Assembly: GCF_009914755.1 (NCBI RefSeq)
Contig: NC_060939.1
Reading direction: 5' to 3' (one strand)
DNA: 64,000 bases
Origin: the human T2T-CHM13v2.0 reference genome, Homo sapiens
Under the pieces are notes generated by a model, which was not told the DNA's origin, made no database searches, and saw nothing but the letters and a program-made list of their open reading frames with translations. Of the stretch, positions 49,449-64,000 are shown one piece after another (within the stretch, counting starts at the first letter, position 1; every line of letters begins with the position of its first letter). The position numbers were made by a program, and so were the translations under genes.

Positions 49449-50214
49449 GGAAGGAATGGACTATGAGTCCTTTCTATTTTTTCTTTTGTCTGTTAAATTC
49501 TTAAACTGTTCTTCTTTACCACCCCATACCCACAGGGCTCATCTTCCTTTTCAACATTTTTATCCACTTCCTACCTCCAGAAGCAATGCATGCATGTTTG
49601 GGGCTATTATCTCAGACCCCATGGAATTTTAAATCTCCTCCCTGAAATCAATTCTGTGATCTAGGGCTGTACTTCAGGCTGTGATTTCTGTTCCATCTTA
49701 GGCTCTCTTTTGTTTCCTCTCTCCTTCACAGGTTTAATCAGATTCCTCCTGTTTGCCCCAAATGCCTGCAAGCGGAAGCTTCAGCTACAGCTCTGCTGAA
49801 TTTGGTGTTTAAGTTTTACTTACAAGTATTTTAGAGTTTTTAGTGCTCCCAAACTTCTAGTTACGATTTTTGTGGAATTTTTTTTAGTTGCATTTCTTTT
49901 TCTTATTGATGTGTATAATTATGTGTTGTTAGTTGATTTTTGTTTGTTTTGGGTTTTGAAGAGAAATTGGATAGAAATAGTTGCCACGGTCTTTCTCACT
50001 ATTCTTTTAGTGGATACCCTCCTTCCTTTGTTTTTTGGTACACAGGCAATATGTGTTAATTGGATTAGAAAATTAGGAAAATCAAAAACTAAACGAAAGA
50101 ATGCAACACCAAAAATGTAGCACCATATGCATACATTTATGTTCATGCTTCAGGCCTTCCTGCCCCTCTGTACATATAGATATGGATATAGATACAGATA
50201 TACTTTTGTATTAA

Positions 50215-50443
<229 letters not shown>

Positions 50444-51399
50444 TGATTATTTTCACTTATTATATTATAAAAACATTTTGCTGTTAAAAATGTATATATC
50501 CAAATAATCCCATTAAGTGGCTCTCTTGTATAAACGCATTTAACATACCAGTTGTGGTTGGATATTGCAGTTTCCCCAATTTTTCTCAATATTTATAAAG
50601 AAAAATTATAGCTCCTTTAAGAGGTCCTATGTTCTCATATTTTTTATTCCTCTATGCAAATGATAATATATTTAAATTTTCATGTAGACTTTGTTAATAT
50701 GGCTATTAATATGACTTGCTTTCCATACCAGCTTTGTAAGATAACAGGGTAGGTCATTAATTATCACTGCCATTAAACAATTTGAATAGCTCCTGTTCAG
50801 CTTACTCTGCAGTCTTTTTCCCTTGACTTCAGCACCAACACAGGAAAAAGCGAAATGCAAAAGGATCTCTTCTTTGATTTCTGAAATTGAAACTTTAGTG
50901 GTTTTAGTAGAGTTCCTGTTAATTTTAGAGTTTTCACTTGTGAGATTATTCAGAAATTCATTTTGAATCTTTTGAGAGCTATTTCAGTAAATGCAAATCA
51001 GATAACAGGTAAGAATTTTGCTATTGCAGTCAAAATAATGAAAATTATTGCTTGTGAAGTAGTTTCAGTGGCAGGTGCTGTTTCGTATAATTGGATCCTT
51101 TGAAAGGAAACAGAAATACGCACAAAGGAGTACATTTTAGAATTAAATAAAAAACTTCAATTCATTACTTATTTTATTTTTCATAATTGCTTATTCAGTT
51201 TTGAACTACTGATTGAAGTTTATACATTTTCTTTCCTTGGTGTTGCCTATAATTTATTACCATATGTATTTGAAAAAATCAACAATTAATCAATGTCCGT
51301 ATCCTTCTAAACAAGGTAATAGTCTCAGTATGAAATCACGCCCCTACCTCTGCCTCCCCCATGTTATAATCTGGCATTTTATTGCCAGATTTATATTGT

Positions 51400-51980
51400 A
51401 AAGCTGAAAAGCAACTCATATAAGGAAAAATATCTTTCACTAATGTCATTGTTCATCATTTGTTTCTGTTCTATTTCTTCCTCATGTTATTTTTTCTTGC
51501 TGAAATATAATTTCTGCTCATTTTCACAGAAAGAGTCTATCAGGATAAAAGTTCTGAATTCTTGATGATCTAAAAGTCATCATTTGCTCTTACATTTGAA
51601 TGCAATTTTACTGAATATAGAATTCTAGCTTAAAAGGACCCTTCTTCCAGCATCTTAAAAATAGTCTTTCATTATCTTCTTTGGTTCACTGTTTTTCATG
51701 AGAGACTAATTCTTGCAACTTTGTAGGTTATCCTTTTTTTTCCTCTCTTTGGTAGCTTTTAGAATTCTTTGCATACTTTTTGTTAAATTTGATTCCAGAA
51801 AATTATCAGCCATTGAAAAACATATATTGGCATATGACACACATACATAAAAGTTCAGAAAATATAAACACACAATTGATGACTTAGTACAAAGTTGAAC
51901 AATTTGTCTAGCACTGTGTAACACTACCCAGGAGAAGAAAAAGAAAATGCCAACACCCCAGAAGCATCACTTATGTCAGG
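51400..51980 (-). mobile_element. Ancient L1ME fragments
   Basis: ctgaatatagaattctag; ttctttggttcactgttt. Confidence 0.45.
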
Positions 51981-51999
51981 GGTCAGTAAATCAACAAAG

Positions 52000-55073
<3,074 letters not shown>

Positions 55074-55490
55074 TTATTTCTCAGCGACAGAGCTCTACCT
55101 TATGGCAATGCTAAAAACGGACATTGAGTTAGTCAACCCTCAAGATGAAAACCATTTGTTATTTTCCAGTCGTGATGTACAATACCCTATAGACTAAATA
55201 CCACATACTGAGCCACATTTCACTTTTGGGAAATGTCATGTCATTCATATGAGTTAAATGCTAAGGATATGTAATTATTTTCTCTCTAAAAGACAGTCTA
55301 AAGCATGCATGGGGAAAGTTATTCTAGGAATGAACAAGCAAAGCAGACACACAGGAAGGCTCCTGTGCACTTGATTTTTTCAAGAATCAAGTGTTCTTGT
55401 CCGAGGAGGTTCACAGTAAAAGGGGACTTCATTCTCAATAGTCCAATTTGATTCTGTTAATATGTTAATATACATCATATTGGACTTTTT

Positions 55491-56096
55491 CTCAACTATG
55501 TTAAATCTTTTCATTTTTGTGCCATTTCATAAACGTACTTTGTATTTGGCATAGAGTCAATGATGTGCTGCACCTGCTGTGCCCACAGACCCCTTGGGGA
55601 ACCCCTTATACTTAGGTCACTTTGACTTTCATGTCTGGACCCCACAGTCCTCATCACAGTCAAGCGGGCAGAGACTGGGACTAAGCCAGGAACTGCTGTC
55701 CAGCAACAGCTCCCTGCAGGTCACCACCACAGTTGGGGGTCAGCCTCCACGGGACTGGAGGAGCTGACTCATTCAGATGCCTCAGTGTGAGTCCTAAAAG
55801 TAAGTGCCAGATGCCCACACACAGGTGTGTGCATATGCACAGAAAGTTCTAGAAGAACCCAGGAGGCAGTGTGAGCCTGAGAAGCAAAACCACAAAGAGA
55901 ACAGAGGGAAACTCACGGACAATGGTGGGAGAAGCAGAGCCAGTGTGCACAGAGCAGTAAAGGACAGAACCAGGAGCCGACAAGAGTCTCGAAGCCTCAG
56001 GCGGGGCGCCAGGGAGGTCTGCAGCTGACAGTGAGGGGATCAGTGCCACCCAGGTCCTCTATGGGATTCCTGAATTGTTGTGGAGACTGGAGCAGC
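55491..56096 (+). repeat. Left arm of ~600-bp inverted duplication
   Basis: Reverse complement of 59034-59642; 27-bp exact block 55835-55861 vs 59265-59291. Confidence 0.93.
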
Positions 56097-56530
56097 TGGG
56101 ATCCCTCGCTCTCATGTTTTCAGTTCTCTGTGGGGCTTGAAGGTGTGGCTGCCGTGTGGAAATGGACTCAGGTATTTCGGATCCTTGATCAAGTGAAAGT
56201 AACAAGCGTATTTTTTCTTGATTTCCCATATCTGCTAATATTGAAGGCTGGGCCATGAGACTGGCTACATGTGTGTGGGTCATGCAGCCAGATGGTGCCC
56301 TGGAGTGGCCCCTAAATGAGGTGGTTATCACATCGCTTTTCCAGGGATTAGGAAAAACCTGGGGAAGGAAATAAACGGGAGACTTTTCTTGGCCCTGCTG
56401 AGGTTGAATACTAAGTTGCCTGTGGCCAGCTGGGAAGTTGGAGTGAGCCAGGGAGCTGTGTTGGCACAGACCCAAGGAGGACCTGGGCCTGGTCCACAGT
56501 GTCAGTCATTCTCCAGAGCACTTGCATTAC

Positions 56531-57287
56531 TGTTACCGAACTGAACTTGAGTCTGCCTATCTCGGGCAGCAAAGCCAAACACTGACATTGGGTTTTGCAG
56601 CAAGGGAAAGTGAGGCATTAATTATAGGGCACCAAGCAAGGAGAATCGGGCAGCTCACACTTAAGACCCAAACTCCCCAGTGGCTTCCAGGTAAGGGGTT
56701 TTAATGGCAGGAAATTCAGGAAAGCAGAAGTTACAGGCAAAATCATAAATCAATACATGGAGGTTCACTATTGGTTTAAACTGAAAAGGTGGGATATCTT
56801 AAAGTGGGGTTTACAGGTCATAGGTAGAATCAAGGTTTTTCTGATTTGCAATTGGTTAAGGAGGGGAGCTTTGACTAAAGTCTTGGGGTCGGCAGAGAAG
56901 AATGTTAGGTCTGGCTTGTGAGCATGACTTCCTCTGGGCCCTCAGGAAGAAATTAAGAACAAAGAACCGTCGTTGGAATTCAGTCCTTGGTTGCCCCTTA
57001 TCTGCCCCTTTGGTGGAGGTCTGGGTTTCTGAAAAAGAACTCAGGGGTATATGCTAACATGTTCTCTTTAGTTTCTATAGGAACCGAACATCTCGTGACT
57101 TTAATTTCCTTGACTATTGTTTTAGGCTTCGAGTACCTTCCTGCTTACAAGGTTGCTTTTTAACCTTGTAAAAGGTTAGGGATAGCTAGGGGCCTAGAAT
57201 TTTCCTCGGAGGAACACAGGGTTTTTCTGTATTTCCGTGCTTGTGAGGAAGGAGTGGCAGGCCTCTAAGAGAGGTCCCTATGTGTCA
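56531..57287 (-). mobile_element. ERV1 solo LTR, MER39-like
   Basis: tgttaccgaac..aagcaaggagaatcgggcagctc..; reverse complement starts tgacacatagggacctctcttagaggcctgcc..gtcacgagatgttcggttcctatagaaactaaag. Confidence 0.85.
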
Positions 57288-57322
57288 TATTATTCCCAAC
57301 TTTTTCATTATTATGATAATGA

Positions 57323-57592
<270 letters not shown>

Positions 57593-58034
57593 TCATTATT
57601 ATATTTTTAAGGGCAGCATGTTCTCTCTTGCATTTTGGGGGCCATGAATGGGTTCATCCCTCTAAGCGAAGAATAGGGCCCTTGTTTGACTTGCCAGCTT
57701 GTCTCAGGCTGATGAGAGACATAATAATCCTAGATTATTTTCCTCTCTGATGCTTTTGTGAATGTGATTCTACAGCAACTAGAGACTAACACAGTAGTGA
57801 TTGTTCTCAACTCACATACATATTATTATGTGAATTTTAAGGTAGGTTTGAGTCAATTAAATCACAACTCAAATCTCATTATTCTTTTAAAATGATTTTT
57901 CACACAGATTAGGAAAGTGTTGCATCAGAATTACAAAACAGGTTTAGTAGTATCTTTCTTTGGGTGCCACTGATATTTCATTATTTCTTTGCTGTTAGGT
58001 CTGTCTCTCCCCCAACTCAAAGCCCCTGGGCCCA

Positions 58035-58110
58035 TCATTCATTCATACACGTATGATTTCATCAAAACTTTTACTGAACACCTATTATGTGCCAGGCACT
58101 ATTTCCTGTT
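58035..58110 (-). mobile_element. L2 3' fragment
   Basis: cattcattcat..ttactgaacacctattatgtgccaggcact. Confidence 0.75.
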
Positions 58111-59033
58111 GGAAAACATGAGCAAATTCTATTCTTGGCCTTTTTGCCATTAAGGCCTTTGTGTCCATTCTAAACCATAACTTTCTTTAGCACTATTTTT
58201 CTGAATTAAAAAAATGTAAATCACAAACTTGCATGAATCTTACATTTTACAAATGCTTTTTCCTTTGAAATGAGAGATGTGTTTAGCCTTCCTTCTCTCA
58301 AAGTTATTTATTGATTTTATTTTGTCAACCATTATAACTTGTATTTTTTTTCTTTTAATATCTTTCTGGGAAGATGATGGCTACTCTGCCAGAGGTGTTT
58401 GCCCACTCAATATGTGTCACTCTTCGGAGGGAGGAGTGTGGAAGTCATGGGTGAACAGAAAGCACCTGAACGTTGGGTTCAGCCTGCATTGTATGTAAAT
58501 GTTTGTATTACAGGAAAGAAAATAGTATATCTCCATCTTGACAAATATATGCGCAAAATGCTGTACAAGAAAAAACAAGATATTGAGGGAGGAGGATAGA
58601 AATAGATGTCTGAGTCTAAAGCTGGGAAGCAGAGTTTTCAAAATCCCTTAATACTTTATGGTTTTAAACTATGTGAGTGTTTATTTGCTTAAAAATAAAA
58701 TAAATTTTTAATGAAGAAAGCTTATGGACTCTTTGGCTCCACATGGCAAGGTGAATCAGAATTCCTCATGTACATGGGAGCTTGCTGTGCACTGGACCTG
58801 AGGCAAAGGGAGGAGAGCCTGCTGGGCCCCACTAAACCCTTGGACTTCATACTGTGGGCAGGGGACAGTGTATACAGGAGCCCAGCAGGGTGAGACTGAG
58901 CCATTGCCTGAGAGTTTGGAAACCGTGTAATAGTGGGTCCAAGGGGCAGAAGACAGACGATGGATGCAAGGGGTATAATTAAGGGCTGTAGACATGGTCA
59001 AAATAGGAGATGATGCCCTGATGGAGGACGTTG

Positions 59034-59642
59034 GCAGCTCCAGCCTCCACAGCATTTCAGGAATCCATGGAGGAACTGGGCCACACTGAGGAGCCCTCCG
59101 GCAGACCTCCCTGGCACCGAACCTAACGTGGTGGGGCTCCGGGTTTATCTCATCACACGGGTTCTAAAACTTTGTTCCTTACTGGCTCTGCTTCTTCTGC
59201 CATTGCCCATGACTTTTGCTCCGTTCTCTTCTTTGTAATTGTTTCTCAGGCTCACACTGCCTCGTGGGTTCTTCTAGAACTTTCTGTGCATGTGTGGACC
59301 CATGTGTGCGTGTGGGTGTCTGACACTTATTTTTAGGGCTCACACTGAGGCATCAGAATGGGTTAGCTCCTCCAGTCCTGTGCAGGCTGCTCCCCACCTG
59401 GGGTGGTGACCTCCAGGGAGCTGTTGCCAGACAGCAGCTCCTGGCTCGTCCCCCTCGACTGTGATGAGGACTGTGGGTCCAGACGAAGGTCAAAGTGACC
59501 CAAGAGCAAGGAGTTCCTGAAGAGGCCTGTGGGCACAGCAGGTCCAGCACATCATTGACTTAACGACAAATGCAAAACACATTTATGGAATGGCACTTGC
59601 ACACACACAAAAAAAGGATGTAAAAATTTTAACATATTTGAG
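59034..59642 (-). repeat. Right arm of ~600-bp inverted duplication
   Basis: Reverse complement of 55491-56096. Confidence 0.93.
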
Positions 59643-59769
59643 TGAGTTGGACAATTGGCTCTAAAGCTTCTAATTCCCTGTAGCTTGGTACATGTCTCTG
59701 CATCTCTCACAAGTCATCTCTTTGCTCTCTATGTTATAGTATGTATCCCATTTTGCCTTGAATCAGGCT

Positions 59770-59900
59770 CCTTTATGTGTAGCTCCATTTCACCCACTAG
59801 ACTGAAACTTTTTTAAGGTTCATAGTGTTGTCATTATTCCTAGCACCTAGCAAAAGGCATACACACAGCATCAATTCCACAAATATAAGTTGCATTGATT
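59770..59900 (+). mobile_element. L2 3' fragment
   Basis: ccactagactg..ttcctagcacctagc..aaatataagttg. Confidence 0.65.
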
Positions 59901-60664
59901 TATCTTACTCCAGTTTATAGCATTTTGTTATAGCAGTCCAAATGGACTAAGACAATGGGGGAATCATGAAGATTTGGGGACAGGTGAAAGCAACTTCCAT
60001 CTGCATGGATTCACTAGCATACTATCTTCTCTTAAATCTAGTATAGGGAATGTCCTCAAATACCCCCACATGAAGGCCAAGGTAAGGAACAAGATGCTTC
60101 CTGGGCAGGGTCTTTCACATGCCCATCGTCCTTCTGGGACTGATTGCAGTATGTTCCAAAATGGGATTGGTCTGTGCCCACGGAGGGGGACTAGTCTTGT
60201 GTGGTTCTTTTATTTTCAGTGGAAACTGAGCAAGCCTCCTTCGTCTTTCTAGTCTTAGGGTAAGGGCTCTCTTAGACCCAGAGACATGGTCCTTGCTGGA
60301 TCTGAACCGGGTGTGAAGGTGCTTTCTGCTTGGAGTGAGTGATAAGGCCCTGCTCTTCCATGGCCCTCCATACTCTGAAGTGGGCTCAAGGGCTGGATGT
60401 GTCACACATAGGACATCTGGGGGGAGGGGGGATGCTGAGTAATAGCCATACATTTTCCTTGTCCTGGTATGCAGGTAATGGGAGTTTATCCCTCATTCTA
60501 CCAAAGGTAGATTCTGCCTTACTCCAGCTGGGCTGGCTGTGTGACCTGCTTTGACCAACAAAACATGGCAGATGTTCAAGACTCCTGGGCCTGGGCCTTA
60601 GGAGACCTTTCAGTGTCCACTTCTCCCTCACTGCCCAGAGGTCACTGAAGCATCAGTGGATTCA

Positions 60665-60864
60665 CAGAGGGGTCTGTGTCCACACATGATGAAAGGAGTG
60701 AGGGAGCTCTCTGGGGCCCCTATTATAAGGACACTAATCCCATCACAGGGGCTCCAGCCTCATGACTATATCCTCCCAAAGGCCCCATCTGCTGACACCA
60801 TCACATTGGTGATTAGGTTTCAATATATGAATTCAAGGCGGCCACAAACATTTAGACCCTAGCA
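60665..60864 (-). mobile_element. MLT1A-type LTR fragment (other MLT pieces near 59915-59955 and 60470-60640)
   Basis: gagctctctgggg..tataaggacactaatccc..cccaaaggcccca..accatcacattgg..aaacatttagaccctagca. Confidence 0.85.
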
Positions 60865-61299
60865 CTCACAGTGCACAAAACAACAGCCTTTAATGTGGCA
60901 TTTGCAGGCCTCTCTCACACCCACGCATCCAGCCCCAGCTCAATTTTCCAACTTATTGCCTGCTGCTTCCCTCATGAGCCTTTATTCAGCCTTAGACGTT
61001 TTTCAACAATACTTCCTCTGTGCTGTGCTGGTGCCTTCTACTAATTACTGTTTGCTTTTCTCATCCCTGTACCAGCAAGAATGCCACCTCCCTGAACACT
61101 ACAGGATGTATTGTGTACTTTTTCAGTATCCCCTGCCGGAGCTAATCTCTCTCCTCAGTGCCCCCCATGCCCAGCCTAATCTTCTGTGTCCCCTCCCACC
61201 CAGCATAGTGACTTGAGCACAAACTGTGGAAGAGACAGTCAAGGCAAGACCAGTGTCACAGCGAGACCAGTGTCACGGCAACAGGCAAATGAGCTGAGT

Positions 61300-61500
61300 G
61301 GTGCGATTAGACTCTGAAAGCCTCGGCTTCCATGTGTGTAAAATGGGTTAACAGTAACTTCCTCTTGGGATCCTTATAAGGACTTAGTGAGGCAGCCTAT
61401 GCAAAGCACACAGCCCAGCAAGCAGCAAGCATTCAGTCCACAGTAGCTGTTAGCAGCAGTCGTAGCAAGAGTAGTAGTACCAGTACAAGTAGTAGTGTTA
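61300..61500 (+). mobile_element. MIR
   Basis: ctctgaaagcctcggcttcc..tgtaaaatggg..tgcaaagcac plus AGT-rich tail. Confidence 0.75.
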
Positions 61501-62129
61501 AAATAGAATTCCGTTCCAGCAAATCTATTAGCTGGGACTCTCAGACATTCTTATTTGGTTTCCCATCTCCCTCTCCTTACCAGGAATTGGGAATACATGT
61601 CCTTCCAATTTTTCTCAGTGCATGATTATTTCTTCCTTTGCACCAAGTCATCTAGGATAGGAAGGCCGTGCAGATTAAAGCAATCACACACTGAGCACTC
61701 CTGCATTCTGTTTATTTGGGTCTCTGGACATTGCATTTGATTTTTACCTAACTGCTGGGCCATGCTCCCATCATTTGGAATGGACAGTTTGGATTCTAAG
61801 GAAGATGATCAGCCACTTGTAAAGTGGACAGCTTCTCTCTTAAGGTTTTTCTTTCATTACCCACTAACCTCACTTCTGTTCTTTTTCTTTCTTCCCTATT
61901 TTTCATAAAGCATTGCAAATAAAAAGGTTAGCACAGCTCTTTTTCTCTTCCCTGATTCTCCATCCTTACCACTTGTGCTTGTCATATATTTCACTTATGT
62001 GTATGTAATAAACTTACAGTGCATTGTTGTTAGAAGCATATAAAGTTAATGTGTTGGCAGCCTGTTACCTTGTAGGGAAACTTAAAATTATAAAAATATT
62101 TTATTTCACCTCTATTTCACTTTTCCCCC

Positions 62130-62615
62130 AAATTTATTTATTTTTTTAGAATGACATAGAATTTTATGTATTTATTGTGTATAACATGATGTTTTAAAGT
62201 ACACATACATTGTGAAATGGTTAAATCTAGTTCATTAACAAATGTACTGCCTCACAGTTATTTTTGGTTTTTTCGTGGTAAGAACACTTACTGGCAGTAT
62301 CCCCTGCCAGAGCTAATCTCTCTCCTCAGTGTCCCCACGCCAAGCCTAATCTTCTGTGTCCCCTCCCACCCAGCACAGTGCGCTCCTAGCATTTTTTAAC
62401 AATATCATTATTACTATAGTCACCTTGCTGTATAACAGAGCTCTTGAACTTATTCCTCCTGTCTAACTGTATGTATTCTTTGACAAACATCTCTCCAACC
62501 ACCCTTCCCCATACCCTTCCCAGCCTCTAGTTACCTCCTTCCTACCCTCTGCCTCTATGAGATCAATATTTTTAGATTACACATATGACTGAGATCGTGC
62601 AGTTTTTGTCTTTCA
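62130..62615 (-). mobile_element. L1MA 3' end carrying an 86-bp foreign insert
   Basis: atacattgtgaaatggttaaatctag..ggtaagaacactta [insert] ctcctagcatttt..ctcttgaacttattcctcct..tatgagatcaa. Confidence 0.9.
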
Positions 62616-62769
62616 CTTCTGATGTTCTTTATATCTTTGTGTAGACCCAAGTTTCTAATCCACATCACCTACCTTTCACCTGAAAAACCTCCTTAACTTT
62701 CTTGTAGAATATGCCTGGGTGCAATGAATTCCCTGTGTTTGTTTGTCTGATAATATCTTCATTTCTCCA

Positions 62770-64000
<1,231 letters not shown>

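Overview
Catarrhine primate (most likely human) nuclear DNA, intergenic or deep intronic. It is CpG-poor and repeat-rich: about 20 Alus, several old L1M/L1PA fragments, MIR/L2, MaLR/ERVL/ERV1 LTRs and hAT MITEs. I see no intact protein-coding exon, CpG island or full RNA gene; the long ORFs I traced come from low-complexity or repeat sequence. Two gene-derived relics are recognisable: a 5'-truncated beta-tubulin (TUBB8/TUBB4B-lineage) retrocopy at 31.84-32.47 kb (-), and a pristine tailless tRNA-Arg(ACG) 5'-fragment retrocopy with a 17-bp TSD and a probable pre-tRNA leader at 34.85 kb. The structure that repeats do not explain is local copying: a ~600-bp inverted duplication (55.5-56.1 kb vs 59.0-59.6 kb), three 43-90 bp direct doublets, an inverted 33-bp flank copy at the tubulin retrocopy junction, and a fold-back-derived 13-mer minisatellite ending in a 50-bp perfect palindrome. 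I cannot support a novel multi-gene biological system. Repeat subfamily names come from recalled consensus features, not a search, and old-element boundaries are approximate.
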